From: Patescibacteria group bacterium
GTDB lineage: Bacteria > Patescibacteriota > Patescibacteriia > Patescibacteriales > JAQTRU01
Reading direction: 5' to 3'
Assembly (NCBI GenBank): GCA_041645555.1
Contig: JBAZPX010000002.1
Coordinates: 8,958-72,957 of the forward strand
Length of the DNA stretch: 64,000 nucleotides
In this document: in pieces, positions 26,685-35,496 of the stretch
How positions within the stretch are numbered: the first letter of the stretch is position 1
Layout of the letters: the number at the start of each line of letters is the position of its first letter
The notes under the pieces: model-generated
What the model was told of the DNA's origin: nothing
What the model saw: only the letters and a program-made list of their open reading frames with translations
Databases searched by the model: none
Translations under genes and position numbers: made by a program

Positions 26685-27206
26685 ATGGCCGATAACAATG
26701 CTTTACAATTGAAAAACTTGGAAAGTGAGAAAATAATTGAAGCAAAGATTAAGGAGGGGGCAGGGGAGGCGGGCAAAATCGAGGTGCCGCCGCCAGTTGC
26801 AGAAAAGGAGATAAAGCTGGAAAGCAGGCAGGAAAAAATTATTGAAAAAGAAGGAGGAGGAACGAAAGAGCAGCCGAAGACAACCCCGCCCGCGGGGTTG
26901 ATTGATATTGGCGAAGCCGCGCAGGCGATAAGGGAAAGAGAAAAAGAAGTGGGAAAAATACTGGAAGCGGGAATGGAGGAAATTTATTTAAGCCTGCCCG
27001 CGGACAAACAAGCGGAATTTAAAGCTAAAGGCGAGGAAACAATAAGGGAAATAAACAGCTTATTGGGAAAAGCTAAGTTTAAGGTTGAAAAAATAATTAG
27101 TTTAATAAGAAAATGGCTTTCCCTTATCCCCGGGGTTAACAAATTTTTCTTAGAGCAGGAAGCGAAAATTAAGGCGGACGAGATTATAAAACTTAGAGAG
27201 CGATAG
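26685..27206 (+). CDS. hypothetical protein (Glu/Lys-rich, C-terminal amphipathic segment)
   Basis: ORF in the operon-like run upstream of the ATPase. ATG at 26685 preferred. Confidence 0.55.
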   Translation: MADNNALQLKNLESEKIIEAKIKEGAGEAGKIEVPPPVAEKEIKLESRQEKIIEKEGGGTKEQPKTTPPAGLIDIGEAAQAIREREKEVGKILEAGMEEIYLSLPADKQAEFKAKGEETIREINSLLGKAKFKVEKIISLIRKWLSLIPGVNKFFLEQEAKIKADEIIKLRER

Positions 27207-27231
27207 AAATTGATAATTTAAAATTAAAACC

Positions 27232-29754
27232 ATGGATTACGGCTTTCCCCAAGAAAATATTTATTCGCCTCAAACCAATCTAAATTTAGAATTGGGTCCT
27301 TGGTTAGTTTATTTAATTTGGGCAATTGTTATTATTTTTACCCTGCTTTTAGTAGCCAGGCTTATTAAGTTTTTTTATAACCGGAACCGGGCTTTTGACC
27401 ATATTATTTTTTCCGTCCGGCTGCCTAAGGAAAGGCCCGGGGAAAAAGAGGAAAATTTTGACGTTCAGCACCTGCGCGAAGAAATCGCCAAGGGCGAGAC
27501 GGTTTTTGCGAGCGTTGGCGGTTTGCGCGCGCAAAGAGGGATTTTAGCCTGGCTCTTAGGCCGCGAAGACCATTTTTCCTTTGAAATCGTGGCGCGGGAG
27601 AAAAAAATCTGCTTTTACGCGGTGGCTCCCCGAAAAATGGCCCGTTATCTAGAACAGCAGATTAACGCTCATTATCCGGAAGCGTTAATTGAGGAAGTGG
27701 AGGATTATAATATATTCACTCCGCGCGGAGAAATTATGGCCGGTTCTCTTAAAACCGACCGCAATTTTATTTTTCCAATAAAAACCTATAAAAAGCAGGA
27801 AACCGACCCGATGAATTCAATTATTAATGTTATGTCAAAACTGGAAGCGGATGAATCAATCGCTATCCAGTATGTGGTTCGGAGCGCTAAAGGCGTCTGG
27901 CATAAAAAAGCCGGGGCCATAGTTAGGGAAGTGGCTTCGGGCAAATCCATGGCCGAGGCCCTAAGATTAAACCGGGTGACAAAAGTAATTTCCGCGGTAG
28001 GTAATTTAGCCCAGCTGGCTAAGCCGCCGACGGAAGCGGAAAAGCAGAAACAACTTGGCATGGGGAATAAAACTTCAGCTCTGGAACAGGAGATGCTTAA
28101 AGAGATAGAGGAAAAAAACTCTAAAGCCGGTCTGGATGTTAACTTGCGAATCGTGGTAAGCGCTAAAAACAAGGGGCAGGCGGGGATATTTTTAGACAAT
28201 ATGGCGAGCGCTTTGCGCCAGTATAATTATTATGAATATGGCAATAATTTTAAAAATAAATTAGCGAGAGGCAATCAAAACAGGATAATCAACGATTTTA
28301 TTTACCGGCGGTTTCAGGAAAAATTAAGCTTTCTCCTTAATACCGAAGAATTGGCTTCGCTTTTCCATTTTCCCTTAAAATATACAGAAACGCCTAATAT
28401 CCTCTGGCTGACGGCTAAATACGCGCCGGCTCCGCCTAATGCTCCGGACGAAGGCATAATTTTAGGAGAAAATGTTTACCGCGGGGTAAGGAAAGAAATA
28501 AGAGTAAAAAGAGAAGACCGGCGCCGGCATTTCTATGTTATCGGCAAGTCCGGGACAGGCAAATCGCAGTTTATGGCGAGCTTGGCCATCCAGGACATAA
28601 TAAACGGGGAAGGAGTCGCCGTTTTAGACCCGCACGGTGACTTAATCCAGGATATTCTTTGCCGCATCCCGCCCGAGCGGATAGAAGACGTGGTGCTATT
28701 CTCTCCGGCGGATTTAGAGCGGCCCTTGGCCTTAAATTTAGTGGAATATGACCCTCGTTATCCGGAACAAAAGACTTTCGTGATAAACGAGATGATAAAG
28801 ATATTTGACAAGCTCTATGACCTAAAATCCACCGGCGGCCCAATTTTTGAGCAATATATGAGGAACGCTTTGCTTTTAATTATGAGCGATCCAACCACGG
28901 GTTCAACTTTAATGGAAGTGCCGAAAGTCCTTTCTGACCCCGTTTTCAGGAAGATGAAATTAGAGCATTGCAGCGACCCCACCGTAGTTGACTTCTGGAA
29001 GCAGGAAGCGGAGAAAGCCGGGGGCGAAGCGGCTCTGGCTAATGTCGTGCCTTATATCACCTCGAAACTTACCCAATTTATTTCTAACGATACGATGCGG
29101 CCGATAATCGGGCAGCAGAAAAGTTCATTTAACGTCCGCGATATTATGGACAGGCAAAAAATTCTTTTAATTGATTTGTCTAAGGGCCGGGTCGGGGAAA
29201 TGAATGCTTTCCTTTTGGGCATGATTTTAATCGGTAAAATTTTAATGTCCGCCCTGTCTCGGACCGATATACCGCTTTCCGACCGGAAAGATTTTTATCT
29301 CTATATTGATGAATTCCAAAATTTTACCACTGATTCAATCTGCTCCATTCTTTCCGAGGCGAGAAAATACGGCTTAAATCTAATTATCGCCCATCAATAT
29401 TTAGGCCAGCTTACAAAAAATAAAGATACGACGATTAAAGACGCGGTTTTCGGCAACGTCGGCACCTGGGCCTTATTCAAAGTCGGGTCCGATGACGCCG
29501 AAATTATGGAAAAAGAATTTTCTCCGGTCTTTAATCAATATGACCTTATTAATGTTGATAAATATACGGCTTATGTAAAGCTCCTGATTGATAACGCGGC
29601 CAGCCGGCCTTTTTCCATGAAGACCTTATGGCCTTTGCCGGGCGAAGCGCGGGAAGACATAGCTGGCCGGATAAGGGCCTTATCACGCCTTAAATACGGC
29701 CAGGACCGGAATATAATTGAAGCGGAAATTGCCAGGAGGGCGAAAACAATTTAA
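27232..29754 (+). CDS. VirD4/TraD-like type IV coupling-protein family ATPase, membrane-anchored
   Basis: N-terminal TM. Walker A VIGKSGTGKS, AVLDPHGDL, Walker B LYIDEFQNF, and RKYGLNLIIAHQYLGQL (TraD/TraG C-terminal-like). Confidence 0.8.
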   Translation: MDYGFPQENIYSPQTNLNLELGPWLVYLIWAIVIIFTLLLVARLIKFFYNRNRAFDHIIFSVRLPKERPGEKEENFDVQHLREEIAKGETVFASVGGLRAQRGILAWLLGREDHFSFEIVAREKKICFYAVAPRKMARYLEQQINAHYPEALIEEVEDYNIFTPRGEIMAGSLKTDRNFIFPIKTYKKQETDPMNSIINVMSKLEADESIAIQYVVRSAKGVWHKKAGAIVREVASGKSMAEALRLNRVTKVISAVGNLAQLAKPPTEAEKQKQLGMGNKTSALEQEMLKEIEEKNSKAGLDVNLRIVVSAKNKGQAGIFLDNMASALRQYNYYEYGNNFKNKLARGNQNRIINDFIYRRFQEKLSFLLNTEELASLFHFPLKYTETPNILWLTAKYAPAPPNAPDEGIILGENVYRGVRKEIRVKREDRRRHFYVIGKSGTGKSQFMASLAIQDIINGEGVAVLDPHGDLIQDILCRIPPERIEDVVLFSPADLERPLALNLVEYDPRYPEQKTFVINEMIKIFDKLYDLKSTGGPIFEQYMRNALLLIMSDPTTGSTLMEVPKVLSDPVFRKMKLEHCSDPTVVDFWKQEAEKAGGEAALANVVPYITSKLTQFISNDTMRPIIGQQKSSFNVRDIMDRQKILLIDLSKGRVGEMNAFLLGMILIGKILMSALSRTDIPLSDRKDFYLYIDEFQNFTTDSICSILSEARKYGLNLIIAHQYLGQLTKNKDTTIKDAVFGNVGTWALFKVGSDDAEIMEKEFSPVFNQYDLINVDKYTAYVKLLIDNAASRPFSMKTLWPLPGEAREDIAGRIRALSRLKYGQDRNIIEAEIARRAKTI

Positions 29755-29857
29755 ATAATCTTTAGCCGGCTTGTTCTAGTCTGGCTAAAAATGTTATAAT
29801 GAAGATGCTATATGTGGAGAAAAATATAGCATCTTTTTGCTGTGGGAAAATTGCATT

Positions 29858-30258
29858 GTCATTGCGAGGAGGAGCGAAGCGACGACGAAGCAATCTAACG
29901 AATATTTATAATAGTATGAAGGAGGAAAAATACTATTACGTGTATATAAACACCAACAAGTGGAATTCAGTTCTATACACCGGAGTAACCAACAATTTAT
30001 TGAATAGAAACTATCAGCATAAAATTCAAGAAAACAAGCAAAGTTTTGCCGCTAAATATAAAGCAGATAAACTAGTATATTACGAAGTGTTTAATAGTAT
30101 AAACGACGCTATAACCAGAGAAAAGCAGATTAAGGCCGGCTCCAGAAAGAACAAACTAGAGTTAATAAAAAAGATTAACCCAAAGTGGCGAGATTTAGGC
30201 GAAGATTTGTAGTTCGTGAGATTGCCACGTCCCGCCTGCGGGCGGGACTCGCAATGAC
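29858..30258. mobile_element. GIY-YIG cassette bounded by a two-block inverted repeat (copy 2)
   Basis: GTCATTGCGAG (29858-29868) and CAATCTAACGAA (29891-29902), versus TTCGTGAGATTG (30213-30224) and CTCGCAATGAC (30248-30258). Confidence 0.45.
29916..30212 (+). CDS. GIY-YIG family nuclease (URI domain), paralog 2
   Basis: MKEEKYYYVYINTNKWNSVLYTGVTNNLLNRNYQH. Start set at the ATG at 29916, by analogy with the copy at 3835. Confidence 0.85.
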   Translation: MKEEKYYYVYINTNKWNSVLYTGVTNNLLNRNYQHKIQENKQSFAAKYKADKLVYYEVFNSINDAITREKQIKAGSRKNKLELIKKINPKWRDLGEDL

Positions 30259-30265
30259 GTAAAGA

Positions 30266-31090
30266 ATGATGGACAAACAAATATTTAAAAACAAACTAAA
30301 GGAGCAATTAAAGCAAATCGGCTGGCGGGCTATCACCACGGTTATTTTAACTCTAACCGCGGTGATTACCGTTTGGGCTTATGCGGCTTTTACCGAACCT
30401 TTGGCCGGACCGAATAATTCAGACCAAGATTTTCTCCAGAACATCTTAGGCGCTAATAACAATGATAATGATTTTGACTCTTCAAATGTTGTGTTAAATA
30501 AAGATGGCAGTATTATTGAAAGATTGGAATATGTCCAGGGTCAGGGCTCAACTACTCCTACTTGCGGCAACAGCGTGCTTGAAGCTGGAGAAAACTGCGA
30601 TGATGGCGGGACTTCTTGGACCTCTGGCGCCTGCGCTGCTGATTGCTCAAGACGGAATTATTGGAGCAACCCCATGATTCAATCTGAAACACCATTTGCT
30701 AGCAATGTAAATAGCATTTGCCAATTGCACGGCTTTAATTCTGTCGCAGGCGTTTCTTATTCTTCCTTTGCTAGCACTATAGATTCGGCTGGCGGCTTTG
30801 TTACACAGATTAGCTTTCTTTGCGGGTATCCTAATAACCGTTTTTATAGCAGTTCATATATTACTTCTTATTCTCTTTTAGTTACCACCGGTTTTCTCTA
30901 TACCGGAACTAACTACGTTTGGGCCCTATCTACCTCTTCGTCCCAAACTGCTTCTGTCGCCGCGCTTCTGACTTCATCTACGATAGAAACTTATACTTAT
31001 AACCCATGGACTTGTTACACCTATTACTACAGCCTTAGTAGCTCATATAAAACTTCTTTCCGTGTATCCCAGCTTTGGTGTGCTGACTAA
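30266..31090 (+). CDS. constant-N / variable-C membrane-anchored protein, Cys-rich module plus Ser/Thr/Tyr-rich tail
   Basis: Constant region aa 1-89. TCGNSVLEAGENCDDGG..CAADC module. Ends QLWCAD. Confidence 0.8.
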   Translation: MMDKQIFKNKLKEQLKQIGWRAITTVILTLTAVITVWAYAAFTEPLAGPNNSDQDFLQNILGANNNDNDFDSSNVVLNKDGSIIERLEYVQGQGSTTPTCGNSVLEAGENCDDGGTSWTSGACAADCSRRNYWSNPMIQSETPFASNVNSICQLHGFNSVAGVSYSSFASTIDSAGGFVTQISFLCGYPNNRFYSSSYITSYSLLVTTGFLYTGTNYVWALSTSSSQTASVAALLTSSTIETYTYNPWTCYTYYYSLSSSYKTSFRVSQLWCAD

Positions 31091-31125
31091 TAATTAGAAT
31101 TTAGAATATCAAATACTAAATTAGA

Positions 31126-31656
31126 ATGGGTGACTATAGTCCCAAAAACCAAATCAAAGAACAGGCTAAGCAAATCGGCTGGCGGGCCATCACCACGGTT
31201 ATTTTAACTTTAACCGCGGTTGTTACGGTTTGGGCTTATGCGGCTTTTACCGAACCCTTGGCCGGGCCAAATAATTCTGACCAGGATTTCCTCCAGAATA
31301 TCTTGGGCGCTAATGATAACAACAATGATTTTGATTCCTCTTCGGTAGTGGCTAATAATGAGGGCAGTATTATTGAAAGATTGGAATATATTCAAGGTCA
31401 GGCTTCAACCACGCCGACCTGCGGCAATGGAGTTTTAGAAGCGGGCGAAAATTGCGACGATGGTGGCGTGAGTTGGACTGCCAGCACCTGCGCTGGTGAT
31501 TGCTCAAGACGAAATTATTGGAGCAACCCCATGATTGGAGATGCAACTTTTGTCAGCCAAAGTAGGGCGGACTATTGTCAGATGCTTTCTTTTAACAGTT
31601 GCGCAACTTTTAGCCTTAATGGTGGGGCAGTTAATCAAATTTGGTGTACGGACTAA
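31126..31656 (+). CDS. constant-N / variable-C membrane-anchored protein (short form)
   Basis: Same constant region and TCGNGVLEAGENCDDGG..CAGDC module. Ends QIWCTD. Confidence 0.8.
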   Translation: MGDYSPKNQIKEQAKQIGWRAITTVILTLTAVVTVWAYAAFTEPLAGPNNSDQDFLQNILGANDNNNDFDSSSVVANNEGSIIERLEYIQGQASTTPTCGNGVLEAGENCDDGGVSWTASTCAGDCSRRNYWSNPMIGDATFVSQSRADYCQMLSFNSCATFSLNGGAVNQIWCTD

Positions 31657-31674
31657 AGAAACTAAAAATTAAAA

Positions 31675-32394
31675 ATGGATAAACAAATATTAAAACAAAA
31701 ACTCAAGGAGCAAGCCAAGCAAATCGGCTGGCGGGCAATTACCACGGTTATTTTAACTCTAACCGCGGTGATTACCGTTTGGGCTTATGCGGCTTTTACC
31801 GAACCTTTGGCCGGGCCGAATGATTCAGACCAAGATTTTCTCCAGAACATCTTAGGCGCTAATAACAATGATAATGATTTTAATTCCTCAAATGTCGTAG
31901 CTAATCTGGACGGAAGTATTATTGAGAGATTAGAAGGTATAGCTTCTTCTACTTGTGGCAACGGTTTAGTGGAATCCGGGGAAGGTTGCGATGATGGCAG
32001 CACGAGTTGGACTGTTGGCACTTGCGCTGGGGACTGCTCAAGAATAAATTATTGGAGCAATCCCAGGATTGGCATTCATCTTATTGGGCATGACTCTTAT
32101 ATTATGAATAGTTTTTGCCAAATCCATAATTTTAATAGTTATACCACATTCAGCAGCACTTCTTCTTTAACAAACCAAGCTTCAACTAGGACTTCTTGGT
32201 CATCTTTTGATTGTGCTACCTACCTATATAGTATTTTAAATTATTCGCTTAAATCAGATTTATCCAGTTTTACTTCAAAGAGTCCTTACAGCACTTTGCT
32301 GGCGGTTATAACGACCACGGGTTGTAATGGGTATTCTGATTTAAAAAGCAGTTCTTATGATGTGTATACAAATCAAATCTGGTGCGTTGATTAA
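31675..32394 (+). CDS. constant-N / variable-C membrane-anchored protein
   Basis: Same constant region. TCGNGLVESGEGCDDGS..CAGDC module, distinct Ser/Thr-rich tail. Ends QIWCVD. Confidence 0.8.
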   Translation: MDKQILKQKLKEQAKQIGWRAITTVILTLTAVITVWAYAAFTEPLAGPNDSDQDFLQNILGANNNDNDFNSSNVVANLDGSIIERLEGIASSTCGNGLVESGEGCDDGSTSWTVGTCAGDCSRINYWSNPRIGIHLIGHDSYIMNSFCQIHNFNSYTTFSSTSSLTNQASTRTSWSSFDCATYLYSILNYSLKSDLSSFTSKSPYSTLLAVITTTGCNGYSDLKSSSYDVYTNQIWCVD

Positions 32395-32444
32395 TCTTAA
32401 AGATTAGGCATTAAGGAGTAAGAGATTAAAAATTAATTAATGAC

Positions 32445-32489
32445 TTAAAACAAAAACTCAAGGAGCAAGCCAAGCAAATCGGCTGGCGG
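32445..32489 (+). pseudogene. 5' stub of the constant-N family (no start codon, no ORF)
   Basis: 45/45 nt identical to 31690-31734 (the 5' end of the preceding gene). The sequences diverge immediately on both sides. Confidence 0.7.
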
Positions 32490-32551
32490 CTTGCCAAAAA
32501 GGTAAAAATTTTGTAAGATAATAAGGTAGAAATTATAATAAAACAAAAAAT

Positions 32552-33301
32552 ATGAAAAACAAAAATCAAGACCAAAATTCCGATTTTTTCAATGATTTTG
32601 GCGATGACCAGGGAACAAAGGGCGGCTTATTGGACGAGGGAGAAGAGCTTGACCTTGAAGCAAGAGGTTTTTTGCTTGAACCCGAAGAAGGTAAAAAAAG
32701 CAAGAAAAAAGAGAGGAAAGAGAAAGACCATGAAAAAGTAGTTATTAGCCGGGCCAAAGTTATTCTTATAAAAAGACTGCTGGAAAATGTTAAGGAAAAT
32801 AACGATAAGCTAGTAGAAATCCTGTCGGTTTTAGCCCCGGGCGATGAAGAGACCCGCATTGGCATCAGCCAAATAGGAGAGGAAGCTGAAGATGACGAAA
32901 TCACGCCCCAGTCCGGGGAAGAGGCCGGAAAAATTATTGAGGGAGTTTTTGACGGGGAAAATATGATCGGTCCGGACGGAAAGCAATACAGCGTGCCGGC
33001 TAATTACGCTTCCAAATCTAAATTAGTGGAAGGCGATATTTTAAAACTTACTATAACCAATAGCGGTACTTTTATTTATAAGCAGATCGGGCCGATTGAG
33101 AGAACGAGAGTGTTGGGAGAGCTAAAGAAGGACAATGACGGCGATTTTTTTGTAGAATCCGAAGGGGTAAAATGGCGTGTGCTTCCCGCCAGCGTAACAT
33201 ATTTTAAGGGCAATCCGGGCGACGAAACCGTTATTTTAATTCCGAAAACCGGAGAAAGCAAATGGGCGGCGGTGGAGAATATAATCAGGAAAAGGGAGTA
33301 G
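32552..33301 (+). CDS. hypothetical protein (acidic N-terminus, beta-rich C-terminus)
   Basis: Long ORF with a terminator downstream. No family recognised. Confidence 0.55.
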   Translation: MKNKNQDQNSDFFNDFGDDQGTKGGLLDEGEELDLEARGFLLEPEEGKKSKKKERKEKDHEKVVISRAKVILIKRLLENVKENNDKLVEILSVLAPGDEETRIGISQIGEEAEDDEITPQSGEEAGKIIEGVFDGENMIGPDGKQYSVPANYASKSKLVEGDILKLTITNSGTFIYKQIGPIERTRVLGELKKDNDGDFFVESEGVKWRVLPASVTYFKGNPGDETVILIPKTGESKWAAVENIIRKRE

Positions 33302-33356
33302 TTTTTGTATGTCGGATATTAGATGCTAGTTTTTAGCTTTTAGAACTATTTATAAA

Positions 33357-33389
33357 AACCACGTATTTCCGGGAAGGTCGTGGTTTTTT
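33357..33389 (+). terminator. intrinsic terminator
   Basis: AACCACG/CGTGGTT stem followed by TTTTT. Confidence 0.7.
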
Positions 33390-33491
33390 GTATCCTTGAT
33401 TTATTCTAATTTAATGGTAGAATGTAAAAGTAATAGGAGGTTTCCAAAACCTATTTTTAGTTTTTTATTTTTTATCTTTTATTTTTAAAAA

Positions 33492-35078
33492 ATGGCGACA
33501 TTATATAGAAAATACCGGCCGCAAAATTTTGCGGAAATGGTCGGGCAAAACCATATCAAGGTGACGCTGGAAAACGAAATTCAATCCGGCCGGATTGCGC
33601 ATGCTTATCTTTTCTGCGGACCCAGAGCCGTGGGCAAAACGACTTTAGCCCGGGTGATTGCCAAGGCGGTTAATTGCTTAAAAAGAAAAGAAGGGGAGAG
33701 CGAACCGTGCAACCAATGCGAAATTTGCGAAGAAATAACGGTTGGCCGGAGTCTGGATATTATGGAAATAGACGCGGCTTCCCATACCGGTGTGGATAAT
33801 GTTCGGGAAAATATTATTACTTCGGCCCGCACCGCCCCTTCCCGCTGCAAATATAAGGTCTTTATCATTGATGAAGTCCACATGCTTTCTATTTCCGCTT
33901 TTAATGCCCTGCTTAAAATCATTGAGGAGCCGCCGGCTAATGTTATTTTTATCCTCTGCACCACCGAAATCCACAAAGTCCCGACCACGATTATTTCCCG
34001 CTGCCAGAGGTTCGATTTCCGGCGGATAGGCGTTAATGACGTAGTCAGAAAATTAAATTATATTGTAAGCAAAGAGGGGATAAAAATAGATAAAAAAATT
34101 CTTGAGTCAATCGCCAGAAAATCTGAAGGGTATATGCGCGACGCGGAAGGGCTTCTCGGCCAGATAGTTTCTATCGGTGGCCGGGAAATTACGCAGGAAG
34201 AAGCGGATTTAGTCATACCGCGAAGCGATTTGGACGAAATTATTAACCTCATTGGCTATTTAATTAAAAAAGATGCGGCCAATGCCGTAAGGTTAACCAA
34301 TAAACTAGTGGACGAAGGGGTTAATTTGTCCGCCTTTATCTCCGACTTAATTGAAGTTTTAAGGAAAATAATGCTTGATAAAATCAGCGCCGGCAACCTG
34401 GCGCTGGAATTCGGCGAAACTTTAGAAATAAAAATTAACGAGGTTTCACGCGAGCTTACCTTAGAGCAGCTTACTTTTTTTATAGAGAGATTTATAAAAG
34501 TAAAGAATGAATTAAGAGATAGCTTTATCGCCCAATTGCCCATGGAACTGGCTATTACCGAACTTTGCCTGGTTAAAGAAGCGGCTGCCGCCAGAAACGT
34601 CCCGGTTGCCCCAAAATCATTTTCCGGAGCGGCCGTAAGGCCGATTTCTAACCCCGGAGCCGCCTCGGCTAACATGAGTTTAGAGGAAATAAAAAACCGC
34701 TGGCATGAAGTTTTAGCCCGGGTAAAACAGCATAACCATTCCTTATCCTTTATCCTCCGGGTCTGCCAGCCCCAGGACATAGCCGGCTGCGAGCTCTGCC
34801 TGGCTTTTAAGTATAAATTTCACAAAGACAGAGTAAGCAATATCCAGGTAAAGGGATTAGTAGAAAATATTTTATCTGAAGTTTACGGCCAGCCTCTTTC
34901 TATCCGGGCCATAATTGATGAGAGTTTAGAGATAAATGGCGGGCAGGGGAATGGCCAGGGGGTTGAAACTGAAAATTCCGGTCCGGAGCTAAAAGACGCG
35001 GAAAGCGCCAGCAAACCGGAGAACGGCAATATGTTAAATGACCTGTTAAAAACTTTCGGCGGAAGGATTGTGAAATAA
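33492..35078 (+). CDS. dnaX: DNA polymerase III subunit gamma/tau
   Basis: YRPQNFAEMVGQ, GPRAVGKTT, IIDEVHMLS, SRCQRFDF motifs. Confidence 0.9.
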   Translation: MATLYRKYRPQNFAEMVGQNHIKVTLENEIQSGRIAHAYLFCGPRAVGKTTLARVIAKAVNCLKRKEGESEPCNQCEICEEITVGRSLDIMEIDAASHTGVDNVRENIITSARTAPSRCKYKVFIIDEVHMLSISAFNALLKIIEEPPANVIFILCTTEIHKVPTTIISRCQRFDFRRIGVNDVVRKLNYIVSKEGIKIDKKILESIARKSEGYMRDAEGLLGQIVSIGGREITQEEADLVIPRSDLDEIINLIGYLIKKDAANAVRLTNKLVDEGVNLSAFISDLIEVLRKIMLDKISAGNLALEFGETLEIKINEVSRELTLEQLTFFIERFIKVKNELRDSFIAQLPMELAITELCLVKEAAAARNVPVAPKSFSGAAVRPISNPGAASANMSLEEIKNRWHEVLARVKQHNHSLSFILRVCQPQDIAGCELCLAFKYKFHKDRVSNIQVKGLVENILSEVYGQPLSIRAIIDESLEINGGQGNGQGVETENSGPELKDAESASKPENGNMLNDLLKTFGGRIVK

Positions 35079-35261
35079 CAGTTAATAATTGACTTTTAAC
35101 AATTAACAAAATCATTCAGGGATCGCCCGCCTTCGTCCCGAAACTTCGGGACTTCGGCGAGGCGGGTCTAATAGCCAGCCTTCGCTAAAGCTACGGCTTG
35201 GTAAATATAAGATGGAAATAATAACTAGATAAAAAAATAATTAAAAATAAAACATAACCAT

Positions 35262-35332
35262 TCGGGGATCGTCTAATGGTAGGACATCAGGTTCTGGTCC
35301 TGAGTATCGAGGTTCGAATCCTTGTCCCCGAG
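35262..35332 (+). tRNA. tRNA-Gln (anticodon CUG)
   Basis: Manual cloverleaf of 71 nt: acceptor TCGGGGA/TCCCCGA (U1:A72), D arm GTCT-AATGGTA-GGAC, anticodon arm TCAGG-TTCTGGT-CCTGA, T arm CGAGG-TTCGAAT-CCTTG, G73. Confidence 0.85.
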
Positions 35333-35439
35333 CACAGAAAGTTTAGCCCCAAGTTTGGGGCGAAACTTTATGAGTTTGTGGGATGCGGCGAGAACCTCTC
35401 CCCGTAAGGCCGTTAGGGCCGAATCGGCACCGAGGAGTC

Positions 35440-35461
35440 TTCGAATCCTTGTCCCCGAGCA
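35440..35461 (+). repeat. direct duplicate of the tRNA-Gln 3' end
   Basis: 22/22 nt identical to 35313-35334 (T loop through acceptor 3' strand plus GCA). Confidence 0.8.
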
Positions 35462-35496
35462 TAAAATTGGTGTTATAAATAAATAAGAAAATAAAT

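Noticed and set aside
29799-29915. N-terminal extension of the second GIY-YIG ORF (MKMLYVEKNIASFCCGKIALSLRGGAKRRRSNL...).
   Set aside because: The extension simply translates the left inverted-repeat arm. The paralog at 3835 starts at the equivalent of 29916.
30266-32394. Diversity-generating retroelement as the source of the variable C-termini.
   Set aside because: No reverse transcriptase ORF and no template/variable repeat pair is present. The differences are wholesale sequence replacement and indels, not adenine-specific substitutions.
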